Positions 27,027 to 36,163 of a stretch of DNA of 53,229 nucleotides are shown here, one piece after another. The notes beneath the pieces were generated by a model, which was given only the letters and a program-made list of their open reading frames with translations, did no database searches and was not told where the DNA came from. The stretch's first letter is position 1; each line of letters starts with the position of its first letter. Origin of the DNA: Salinivirgaceae bacterium (GTDB taxonomy: Bacteria > Bacteroidota > Bacteroidia > Bacteroidales > SZUA-534); NCBI GenBank assembly GCA_017650325.1, contig JAGCFC010000170.1:1-53229 (forward strand). The letters run 5' to 3'. The position numbers were made by a program, and so were the translations under genes.

Positions 27027-29009
27027 TTAATATCCTGGATTCTGATATGCAGCTATTTCCTCTTCGCTCATCTCCAATCCATCAAGCTGACCTTGAGGAA
27101 TAGGACAGAGGTACAGATGCTCGTCTAAGTCACGTGTGAATTCTAAAAGTTCTGTGTCAGAAGATTTTGCGCCGCAAATCTTATAAGTTTTTGCTTTTTC
27201 AATCCAAGTTTGTGTACGGACAAGGTCATACCAGCGGTAACCTTCACCAAAGAACTCGCGTGAACGTTCGGCAAGAATGTAGTCGATGTCGATAGTGGCA
27301 GGAGTTGCATCTGTCATCTCTTTGCTATAATCGAAGCTGACAGCTTTTGCTTCAGCTACGCTATAGTTCCATCTGCCAGCGCGTTCGCGCAATACGTTAA
27401 CAAGTTCGCGTGCTGTTTTTTCTCCACTTGCGCCTTTCACAGCTGCTTCTGCTGCTATAAGATACAATTCAGAGAATTTTGCAATATAGAACGGACGTAC
27501 ACTTCCTGCGTTCGGGTCACCAAGAGCTTTTGTCTTATCGTAATCAGTACGTTGGTCACTGATTTTGAAAGGTCCGGGGTAACGTAATCTGCTGAAGTGT
27601 TGTGGATCAACCACATAACTTGCTGTGCCACTCATAACACCAAGACCTTTGGTACCACCTTTTGTAGCCACGTCATTATAATTGATGCCTTCGGTATCTT
27701 CACCAAGGAAGGTTAGAACTGCGTCACCAATTTTGATAGGCATTCCATTGGCGCAATATACTTTGTCATAGTCCATTCCGTTCTGGTTCCAGTTGGCACG
27801 ATATACGGTTTGGAATGTGGCATCATAACGTGAATCGTGAGTTTTATCAGCAAAAGTTTCGGTAAACACGTTGTAAGTAGGAGCCATACGGGTCCAAGGT
27901 CTTCCATATCCTTGTTTTGCCTCGCGGGCAACCGGGTTAATTGGATCTTTCATAACGCCTTTGGCATCAAGTGTGTCGTTGGCGTAAGCCACCATGGTCG
28001 GGTAGTTCCAGTTGCACATCCAGAAAGCGAAGTTGTCAGGAGCACCTCCTGAACCATAGGTCAGGCTACCGCCATTGTAAAGCTCGCTTTTTTCTGTGTG
28101 GTCGGCCCAAAGCATCATTTCTGAGTTACGCTCGTTTGATGCAATACACATATCGTAGAAAGTGTTTTGCAGAGCATAAGGACCAGGATTGTTGATTCCG
28201 TCCATAGCAACATCGTATGCCAATTGGAAGTATTCTGCAGGAGTTTTACCATTGGGGTCTTTGCGAGGTCCGTTCAATTGACCGTCAACTGCAGGATAAG
28301 TCGGAATATTATTCGGGTTCTCTAGCCACCATCCGTAAGTCAGATAAGCTTTTGCCAGATACAGACGGGCAAGAGTTTGTGTGGCGGTACCTGAAGCTCG
28401 TGGTGTCTCAGGAAGATTCTCAACAGCGTATTCAAAGTCGGGAAGGATACATCTTGTGTACACCTCAGCCACGTTATTACGTACAGATGTTCTTATAGGC
28501 TTGTCATTTGCCTTTAATTCTCCAGAACCAAAATCCAGAGGAATTCCACCAAATGTTTGAACCAACAGGAAGTAGTCGAATGCGCGGAAGAAATAAGCTT
28601 CAGCAATCAGAGATGCAGATGCTGTCTGTCCGTATTCAATCAGCTGGTTTGCCGAGTTGATGTTGATAATCATTGGCTGCCAAATCACGTCTGCGCGGCA
28701 GTTTTGTGAAGTGGTTACAGCTGCGCCCTCAGAGTGGTCGGCATCTTTAAAGTTTGCATCGGCGCTTTCGCCCCAGGTAAATTCATCAGTACCGGTTTCG
28801 CAAGCGTTAAAATAATAGCCTTGACCATACATGTTGCGCAAGTTGTTGTACATATTGTTCAAACCACCGCTAATGCCTTGGTCGGTCCCGAAAAAGTCGG
28901 GAGTGAAGATGGAACGCGGGTGCTCGTCTAAAACGTCAGAGCAGCTGCCGAAGCCCAGCGACACAGCTACTGCGGCGCCAAGCAATGTTATTATGTTGTT
29001 CTTTTTCAT
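27027..29009 (-). CDS. susD: SusD/RagB-family glycan-binding lipoprotein
   Basis: Lipobox FGSC, EAYFFRAFDYF.LVQTFGGIPL, SELYLIAAEA, ILAERSREFFGEGYRWYDLVR, PIPQ..QNPGY. Confidence 0.97.
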   Translation of the reverse strand: MKKNNIITLLGAAVAVSLGFGSCSDVLDEHPRSIFTPDFFGTDQGISGGLNNMYNNLRNMYGQGYYFNACETGTDEFTWGESADANFKDADHSEGAAVTTSQNCRADVIWQPMIININSANQLIEYGQTASASLIAEAYFFRAFDYFLLVQTFGGIPLDFGSGELKANDKPIRTSVRNNVAEVYTRCILPDFEYAVENLPETPRASGTATQTLARLYLAKAYLTYGWWLENPNNIPTYPAVDGQLNGPRKDPNGKTPAEYFQLAYDVAMDGINNPGPYALQNTFYDMCIASNERNSEMMLWADHTEKSELYNGGSLTYGSGGAPDNFAFWMCNWNYPTMVAYANDTLDAKGVMKDPINPVAREAKQGYGRPWTRMAPTYNVFTETFADKTHDSRYDATFQTVYRANWNQNGMDYDKVYCANGMPIKIGDAVLTFLGEDTEGINYNDVATKGGTKGLGVMSGTASYVVDPQHFSRLRYPGPFKISDQRTDYDKTKALGDPNAGSVRPFYIAKFSELYLIAAEAAVKGASGEKTARELVNVLRERAGRWNYSVAEAKAVSFDYSKEMTDATPATIDIDYILAERSREFFGEGYRWYDLVRTQTWIEKAKTYKICGAKSSDTELLEFTRDLDEHLYLCPIPQGQLDGLEMSEEEIAAYQNPGY

Positions 29010-29021
29010 CTCTTTAAATTT

Positions 29022-32000
29022 TTAAAATGTAACATTCAATCCGACAAGGAAACTGCGAGTTTGCGGAGTATTTGTTCCGATTGTCAGCAAGCGGCGTTGG
29101 TATGCACCTGAAGCCATGTTCTCATTTCCGTATGAGTTGGTTTCTGGATCAAGGCCTGTCTCTTTGTGGAATTTCGATGCAATCACAAATGGGTTCTGAA
29201 TGGTTCCATAGATACGAATTTTCTGAATTCCAGCATCGTTCATCCAATCCCAGTTGCTCTTGTCAAAGGTATAGCCGGCTGAAATTGTGCGTATTTTGCA
29301 GTATGTTGCGCTGAAATATCCAAGCGAGTTACCATATTTCGGGTTGTCACCGCTTCTCAATCCACCGGGTTTCGGATATTTTGCACCAGTGTTTTCCGGA
29401 GTCCAGTAGTCAACGTCAACATTGTTGCGGCGGCCAGTGAGCATGTTCAGATAACCATTGGCGGCGTAGAGAGAGCAGATAAGTTTGCCACCCACTTTGT
29501 AAGCGCCGATAATGTTCAAATCCCATCCCTTGTATGACAGACGAGTGTTGAAACCGCCTTGAACTTTCGGGTCCATTTCCATAATCTGACGGTCTTCCTC
29601 GTTGATTTGGCGAACAGGCAATCCGTTCTCGTCAAATTCTCCAGTGTATTTAACTCGTATGTCACCTGGTTCTGCCTGAGGCTCTTCAATGGCCAATATG
29701 TCGGCGTCAGCTTCCTGCCACAAACCAACCTTCTCATAATCGTAGATCACATCAATCGGATGGCCAACAAACCACCAGTTGCCTTTGTCTTCTTTAACTC
29801 CCGACGCTAATGCTACCAGTTTGTTCTTGTTGCCGTAAACATTCAAGCCGGCTTCCCATGTCAAACCATTGTAGTTGTCAAGAATTGTTCCGTTCAAGTT
29901 AAGTTCAAAGCCCTTGTTCTCGGTTTTACCGATGTTACTCATAATGCTGCTCACACCAGTGGTTGCAGGCAGGTTAACACGTAACAGAACGTCATGGGTC
30001 TTCTGAACATAATATTCGAAACTACCTGTCAGTCGGTTGTTGAAGAAACCGAAATCGAGACCGTAGTTCATTGTTTTAGAGTATTCCCAACCAAGTTCGG
30101 GGTTTGGAAGCTCTGATACATAATAAGCGTATGTTTGTGCGTCGCCAAGGTTTGTGGCGCGAGTTGACAACAGACCAAGGGTCTTGTATGGATCAACAGA
30201 CTGGTTCGAAGTTTCACCGTATCCTACGCGGATTTTGAGTGAACTCAGATAGTCAACACTGCTCATGAAATCTTCTTTGGCAATATTCCAACCAACAGAA
30301 ACGGCAGGGTAGGTGTGGGCGTTGTTGTCTTTTGCCAGACGAGATGATTCATCTTTGCGGACAGCAACGGTCAACATATAGCGGTCGTCGAACGAGTACA
30401 TTACACGTCCCATCATTGATCTTAAACCAGAATCGCTGTAGCCCTGGTACGATGGGTTGAAGTTAAGGTCTTCAACAGGTGCCTGAGCAATGTTATAATA
30501 CAGCATATAGTCTGACGGAAGATTCTTGGCTGATATGTTCGAACCATAATATACTGATTTCTCAGCTGAGTAGAGTGCTACTGCGTTTACAGTGTGTTTT
30601 CCAAAAGTTTTGTCGTAAGTGAGCAAGTTCTCAACAGCCCAGTTTGTGGTTGTTGATTTGCTTTGTGACGCAGATGATGGCGAATCGGCGTTTCCAGAGA
30701 ACACACCTTGTGCCTGGAAGTTGCCCGACTCTGAATATTTGAAGTTCAAGCCCACATTGATGCGATATTTCAACCCTTCGATGAAAGGAGCTGAGATCTC
30801 ACCATAGAAACTGTTGTAGGTTCCGTAATCAGTATTCTTATTCACCCATTTCTCGTTGTCGACTAATTCTTCAATTGTCTCACGAGTATACATCCATTGG
30901 TTCTGGTCCTCAGGCATGTCGAATGTGCGGCGCAGGTTGCCGTCCTTATCAGTCGGGCTGATGAGCGGTGATGCTGTCAGTACACTATATATGCCAAGAC
31001 TTGAGCCGTTGGTTATAGAGTAGTTGTTGCTGCTGGTGAATCCAAAACGCAGGTATTTGCCGACTTTCTGGTCGATTGCGGCGCGAGCCGACATACGAGA
31101 ATAGTTTTGTCCTGGCAGAACTGACTCCTCTCTGTAGTAGCCGCCACCAAAGCTGTACGATGCTGATTTTGTACCGCCTACAACAGAAATGTCATGGTTG
31201 GTGACAACGCCGTTGGCGTACATCTCATCCTGCCAGTCGGTGTTGGCGTTATCTTCCTGCTCCATGAGTGAGCCGTCTTTGTTGGTATAGTCAGCGTCGT
31301 AACGCATTTGTTTGAACTTTTCAGCATCCATCATCGGATATTTCGAGAACACGGTCTTCAATCCAACATATCCGCTGTAAGTTGCAGTTGCTTCTTGATT
31401 CAAGTTGCCTTTTGTCGATGTTACCAAGATGACACCGTTGGCGCCACGAGAACCATAAATGGCTGTTGCAGAAGCGTCTTTCAAAATGTCGATGCTCTTG
31501 ATGGCGTTGGGGTTGATGTCGCTCAGCGAACCTGCAAACGGAATACCATCGAGTACAACCAACGGGTCGTTGCTGGCGTTCAACGAACGTGTACCGCGGA
31601 TGCGGATTTGCATTGTCGCACCAGGTTTCGACGATGTCTGCTGCATTTCGACACCAGCCACACGTCCTTGCAGTGACTGTGAAATGTTGGCTGCCGGCAT
31701 TTCGCGAACAACGTCGCCCTTCATTGATGCAACAGAGCCTGTGACAGCTTCTTTACGTTGCGTACCGTAACCAACGACAACAACCTCGCTCAAACCTACC
31801 ATGTCAGGCACAAGGCTGATGTTGTAGGGTCCATTACCGTTAACGGTAACTTCTTCTGATGTGTAGCCAATGTAGGAAACTTGAAGCACATCGCCGTCGC
31901 TGGCTTGCAAGCTGAACTTGCCATCACCACCGGTGATTGTACCCATCGTTGTCCCTTTGATGACTACGTTTGCTCCCGGAATCGGAAGCTGCTCCTCATC

Positions 32001-32105
32001 TGTAATGGTACCGCTCACACTGTGAGACTGTGCCATTGTGCAGAATGAAAGCAACAATGTTGGCAGCATTGCAGCCGCCTTTCTCCATAATTGATGTTTC
32101 ATCAT
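29022..32105 (-). CDS. susC: SusC/RagA TonB-dependent transporter
   Basis: Signal peptide TMA|Q, VVVVGYGTQ, IRIRGTRS..PLVVLDG, LKDASATAIYGSRGANGVILV, C-terminal GLNVTF; start placed at MMKHQ (32105). Confidence 0.97.
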   Translation of the reverse strand: MMKHQLWRKAAAMLPTLLLSFCTMAQSHSVSGTITDEEQLPIPGANVVIKGTTMGTITGGDGKFSLQASDGDVLQVSYIGYTSEEVTVNGNGPYNISLVPDMVGLSEVVVVGYGTQRKEAVTGSVASMKGDVVREMPAANISQSLQGRVAGVEMQQTSSKPGATMQIRIRGTRSLNASNDPLVVLDGIPFAGSLSDINPNAIKSIDILKDASATAIYGSRGANGVILVTSTKGNLNQEATATYSGYVGLKTVFSKYPMMDAEKFKQMRYDADYTNKDGSLMEQEDNANTDWQDEMYANGVVTNHDISVVGGTKSASYSFGGGYYREESVLPGQNYSRMSARAAIDQKVGKYLRFGFTSSNNYSITNGSSLGIYSVLTASPLISPTDKDGNLRRTFDMPEDQNQWMYTRETIEELVDNEKWVNKNTDYGTYNSFYGEISAPFIEGLKYRINVGLNFKYSESGNFQAQGVFSGNADSPSSASQSKSTTTNWAVENLLTYDKTFGKHTVNAVALYSAEKSVYYGSNISAKNLPSDYMLYYNIAQAPVEDLNFNPSYQGYSDSGLRSMMGRVMYSFDDRYMLTVAVRKDESSRLAKDNNAHTYPAVSVGWNIAKEDFMSSVDYLSSLKIRVGYGETSNQSVDPYKTLGLLSTRATNLGDAQTYAYYVSELPNPELGWEYSKTMNYGLDFGFFNNRLTGSFEYYVQKTHDVLLRVNLPATTGVSSIMSNIGKTENKGFELNLNGTILDNYNGLTWEAGLNVYGNKNKLVALASGVKEDKGNWWFVGHPIDVIYDYEKVGLWQEADADILAIEEPQAEPGDIRVKYTGEFDENGLPVRQINEEDRQIMEMDPKVQGGFNTRLSYKGWDLNIIGAYKVGGKLICSLYAANGYLNMLTGRRNNVDVDYWTPENTGAKYPKPGGLRSGDNPKYGNSLGYFSATYCKIRTISAGYTFDKSNWDWMNDAGIQKIRIYGTIQNPFVIASKFHKETGLDPETNSYGNENMASGAYQRRLLTIGTNTPQTRSFLVGLNVTF

Positions 32106-32444
32106 AAATTGGTGTTTAGTTATTAAATAGTATACTTCCACTTTTCTGTCAGCCTTAGACATTTGAGGCATGACAGATGTCGAATTTTCCCGATTGAAAG
32201 CCGACTTTTTATTTGTGCCGGCATTATTGTCGCCTATTATTATGGGTGTGATAGTCAAACTGGCTGGCGTAATGTATGTCAGCAGTCTGTCGAATAGTTC
32301 AAATATGATTCTGATAACCCCCATAAAAAATTTGCGATTTGCTTTACGATAAAAGTACCGGACGGGGTAGAATGGCGCTTTCAAATTCAGATATTTCGTT
32401 TCTAATTTTAGATATTTGTGTAAAAAACACAAAAACAACATGTT

Positions 32445-32523
32445 TTGCAATCGGTTGCAATAAATATTTAAATTGCTTGTATATAATTATATAGATTTTT
32501 ATCTGCTTTGCAATCGGTTGTTG
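32445..32523. promoter_or_regulatory. Pair of LacI-family-like operators upstream of susC
   Basis: TTGCAATCGGTTGCAA (32445-32460) and TTGCAATCGGTTGTTG (32508-32523), 63 bp apart. Confidence 0.6.
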
Positions 32524-32631
32524 TTGTTGAGGGTTAAGGTTATGTCCGTTTGCAAGCAAAACAGCACCTTATCACTCGCGCTGTTTATGTCGTTTTTTAC
32601 CTAAATTTGAGTTGATTATTATTTCTCGAAG

Positions 32632-32967
32632 ATGAAGAAACTGTTATTCATTCTGTTGGTTGCAATATCGGCAATATATGTATGTGGGCGGGTCGCTTAT
32701 ACGGTTATCAAGCCTAAACACAAAGTAACTGATACGGAAAATGAAGTATCAGTTCCCCAGACACAAAGTACGGTTACCCCTTCTGCTGAGGATAAGGTTA
32801 TTTTTACGATTGACAACTTCAAATACGAAGTAACCGATGCTGAAAAGCACGAAGTTGCAGTTAGTGCGTCTGAAAATAAACCTAAAGGAGATATTGTTAT
32901 TCCTTCGACGGTAGTAATTGAAAGAACAACTTATACTGTTACGAGAATTTCCGAAATGGCGTTCTGA
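32632..32967 (+). pseudogene. Truncated BspA-type (LRR_5) surface protein remnant
   Basis: TM, then FTIDNFKYEVT..EVAV..GDIVIPSTV..YTVTRISEMAF (BspA N-cap); stops where the LRRs should begin; TAAATTTG promoter at 32602-32609. Confidence 0.6.
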
Positions 32968-33042
32968 TTGGAATCCTGATAATCGTCATGTAGTCTGGGG
33001 CGTTAAACAGAATCAATAACTTTGCACTAAAGTTCAGCAAAT

Positions 33043-33076
33043 AAAAAAGGTGAGCCGTTTTGACTCACCTTTTTTT
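33043..33076. terminator. Bidirectional terminator
   Basis: AAAAAAGGTGAGC-N6-GACTCACCTTTTTTT. Confidence 0.8.
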
Positions 33077-33094
33077 GTATCGTGCTTTTCCTGT

Positions 33095-34714
33095 TTATTC
33101 ACTGATTCTAAACCAGTCGAAATCGGCATAGCCGCCAGGCTCTTTTGTAGAGTAGTAGAAGAGAGCGTAGCGCTGGCCCATAAAGTGGTCGAGGCTGTAC
33201 GACATTGGCAGGGTGTCGCCGATTTGGTTCCACTGCTTGCCGTCGAGCGAGTAGTGGAAGACGGCCTTGTCAACGCCGTGGCTGCCAATGGCGCTCTCGT
33301 CGGCAATGCGCTCAAAGTTGCAGTCGGCTTTGAAATAGACGGTGCTGGCATCGGCAGGAACGCTTGCAACAATGTGCTGTACGCCGCGTCGCGGTGGCCA
33401 GGTGTTGCCGCCATTGCCTTCGGGCTGGTTGTTAACCATCACAATCGATTTTTTGTCGCCATCGTTCTGAATGGCCACAAAGCCGAATTTTCCTGCCAAA
33501 AGTGCAAGTCCCGCAACATCGCCATCCTTCAAGTTCGAGGCATCGAGGCATGCAGTGCCAGAGCATTTCGGACCAAAGGTGCGTTGTGTTAGCATATTTC
33601 GGCTCTGCGTGAACAGAGTGTCGGTGCGGTCGGTGCGGAAGCGGATAAAGCCTTTGCGCTCGGTCATCGTCCAAAGGTTGTTCACAGGGTTGTGATTCCA
33701 CTGCCAAACAATTTTCGGTTTGTCGCCGTCGAACTCGTCGCTGTCAACAATGCCAGGAATCAGGCTGCCGTTTGCAGGCAGGTCGAGCGTTTCAGGCACT
33801 TTGCCATCGACACCCAGAACCGGCCAACCATCTTCCCAAACAACAGGAACAAGGTAGGGGATACGGCCCACAGCGCCACGGTCACCGAACAGGTAAGCAA
33901 ACCAACGGCCATCAGGTGTGTCAATCAGTCCGCCTTGAGCCACGCCTTTGTCTTGGAAGACAACGCGACCCTCGTACGGACCAAACAAGTTGTCGGCACG
34001 GTGGCATATAACAGTGCGCACACCGCCGCGCGGCCAGCAAATGTTGAACAGATAGTATTTGCCATTGATTTTGAACATCTGCGAGCCTTCGGCGCCCAGC
34101 ATCAGGTTTTCGCCAGCGGGTAGACCTGCGTTTTCAATCAGAACTTTCTCTGAATCGGGCTTGATTCCGCTCAAATCGGGCTCAACTTCGCGGATTACAA
34201 GTTTGCCGCCGCCGTTTATCATATAAATGTGTCCATCTTCCTCAAACACAACAGTATGATCGTGGTGCGAAGGGCGGAACTCGTGACGTTCCCACTTGCC
34301 ATTCTCAATATTGTCGGTAGTAAAGAAGTAGGTTTTGCCAGTCACTTGGTCGAAGGTGCTGACAAAGAATTTGCCGTTCACGTAGCGTATGCAGCTTGCC
34401 CACGAGCCTTTGCCGTAGGTGTTTTTGCCGTTGAGCAGCATCGTCTCGTCCTGATCGCCCAGAGTCTCGTATGCATAGCCGGCTATCTGCCAGTTGCTCA
34501 AGTCTTTCGACTTCATAATTGGCACGCCGGGGTTCATATGCATTGTGGTGCTACTCATATAATAGGTGTCGCCTACGCGTATCATCGACATGTCGGGCAC
34601 ATCGGCCCAAATCATTGGGTTGGTGAACCCCGTTTCGGTGTTCGCACTTTTCTGACCGTTGCATCCGCACATTATTGCAGCAGCGGCTAATAAGGTGATT
34701 GATAAATGTTTCAT
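33095..34714 (-). CDS. GH43 beta-xylosidase/arabinofuranosidase with C-terminal GH43_C2 domain, lipoprotein
   Basis: NPMIWADVPD, GSWA, HD, AEGS, AQGGLIDT, GRIPYL, SDEF..WQWNHNP, ADFDWFRI. Confidence 0.93.
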   Translation of the reverse strand: MKHLSITLLAAAAIMCGCNGQKSANTETGFTNPMIWADVPDMSMIRVGDTYYMSSTTMHMNPGVPIMKSKDLSNWQIAGYAYETLGDQDETMLLNGKNTYGKGSWASCIRYVNGKFFVSTFDQVTGKTYFFTTDNIENGKWERHEFRPSHHDHTVVFEEDGHIYMINGGGKLVIREVEPDLSGIKPDSEKVLIENAGLPAGENLMLGAEGSQMFKINGKYYLFNICWPRGGVRTVICHRADNLFGPYEGRVVFQDKGVAQGGLIDTPDGRWFAYLFGDRGAVGRIPYLVPVVWEDGWPVLGVDGKVPETLDLPANGSLIPGIVDSDEFDGDKPKIVWQWNHNPVNNLWTMTERKGFIRFRTDRTDTLFTQSRNMLTQRTFGPKCSGTACLDASNLKDGDVAGLALLAGKFGFVAIQNDGDKKSIVMVNNQPEGNGGNTWPPRRGVQHIVASVPADASTVYFKADCNFERIADESAIGSHGVDKAVFHYSLDGKQWNQIGDTLPMSYSLDHFMGQRYALFYYSTKEPGGYADFDWFRISE

Positions 34715-34786
34715 TTAATTGAAAGTTTATTGGTTATATGTGATAAGTTCAAAAGTCATTACTCTTTACTCTTTATACTTTACTCT

Positions 34787-36001
34787 CTATTCAAACAACT
34801 TTAAATCAACGAATTCGCCCAAAGCCTTGTGTCCGTTGGCGTTGGGGTGCAGATTGTCGTTGTCGTGCAGATCGGGGTTCATAACGGTGGTGTCCGAAGA
34901 ACTGCAAATGGCTTTCTCAAAGTCGATTACGGCGTCGAACTTGCCGCAGGTGCGAATCCAGTTGTTCACGGCCAGGCGGCACTGTTCCTTTTCGGGCGAG
35001 CCGTAGAAGCACTCTTTGAACGGAGTGACAGTTGCGCCATAAATCTTCAGCCCATGAGCGTGTGCCGTGTCAATCATTTTCGAGTAGGCTGCAATCAGTT
35101 CCTTCTCGGTCATTGACGGATTTGGCGAGTAGCCCATGTCGTTAACACCTTCAAACAGAATGACATACTTAACGCCAGGCTGTTCAATAACATCGCGGCC
35201 AAAGCGTACCGAAGCGTTGGGACCCAAACCGCCGCGAATGACGCAGTTGCCGCCAATACCCATATTGAGCACAGCAAGTTTGCTTGTTGCGGGATTGGCC
35301 AACAGACGCTCCGAAAAGACATCGGTCCAGCGGTTTACCTTGTTGGTGGTTGAGCCGCGGCCGTCGGTTATTGAGTTGCCTACAATGGCGATGGCTGCCG
35401 TCGGTTCGTCGGCCACCACGTCGAGGCGCTCAATAGTGTACCAGTGGTCGGTTGTGACAGCGTCGGCAAAATCAGTGTTGTTCAGTTCGTTACCTGTCAG
35501 GATGTACGATGTTGTGCGAGAGCCAGGATGGCCGGTTATGTCGCTCGGCACAAAAATGTAAGCAATGGTTACTGCCACGTCCATACGTGGTGTCAGCGCA
35601 AACGGCAGAGCGTCGGAAATCACCGATTTGCCCTTCTCAATATCGATGGCCTGCTTTCCGTCGAACAGCACGTTAACGGCCTTTGTGGCGTCAATCTTGC
35701 TGCCTTCGAGGGCGGGAGCGAGGCTTACGGCTGCTATTTTCAGCACATCGTTGCCGAACTCGTTCGAGAGTTTCAAACGTACGGTCTCACCACCAATCGA
35801 TACACGGATTTTCTGGCGGATTGTATTGCCGCTGATTCCCGGTTCGGGCGGACAGTTGTGCGGCTCTGTCAACTGAACGGCTGTTCCCCATGTTCCAACC
35901 CAGCGCGCGTCAGTTTGTTGCCCAGACTGCTGCGAGCACGATGCAATCATCATCGCACATGCAATCAAGCAACAGTTTTTGATTGTTCTTAATCGTCTCA
36001 T
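34787..36001 (-). CDS. SGNH/GDSL hydrolase, probable carbohydrate (acetyl) esterase, lipoprotein
   Basis: GNSITDG, GIGGN, EGVND and DNLHPN blocks; start at MRRLRT (36001); lipobox IASC. Confidence 0.88.
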   Translation of the reverse strand: MRRLRTIKNCCLIACAMMIASCSQQSGQQTDARWVGTWGTAVQLTEPHNCPPEPGISGNTIRQKIRVSIGGETVRLKLSNEFGNDVLKIAAVSLAPALEGSKIDATKAVNVLFDGKQAIDIEKGKSVISDALPFALTPRMDVAVTIAYIFVPSDITGHPGSRTTSYILTGNELNNTDFADAVTTDHWYTIERLDVVADEPTAAIAIVGNSITDGRGSTTNKVNRWTDVFSERLLANPATSKLAVLNMGIGGNCVIRGGLGPNASVRFGRDVIEQPGVKYVILFEGVNDMGYSPNPSMTEKELIAAYSKMIDTAHAHGLKIYGATVTPFKECFYGSPEKEQCRLAVNNWIRTCGKFDAVIDFEKAICSSSDTTVMNPDLHDNDNLHPNANGHKALGEFVDLKLFE

Positions 36002-36099
36002 AGTCTTGAAAATTAGTGTGTTATTACTCGTTTTAGCAAAAATGCTTCCGGCTGTAAAATATGCAAAAAATTGACATCGTAAACGGAATGCAATAAAAA

Positions 36100-36115
36100 A
36101 TACAATCGGTTGCAT
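36100..36115. promoter_or_regulatory. Third LacI-like operator, upstream of the SGNH-GH43 unit
   Basis: ATACAATCGGTTGCAT, sharing the CAATCGGTTG core with the two susC sites. Confidence 0.55.
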
Positions 36116-36163
36116 AAATAAAAGTGCAAAACACTTTTATAGCATTGGGAAAACAGGGGGTGA

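Noticed and set aside
32106-32450. 115-codon N-terminal extension of SusC in the ORF track
   Set aside because: It starts at a TTG inside the operator-like palindrome, and a normal signal peptide begins at MMKHQ (32105). Most likely a chance open frame.
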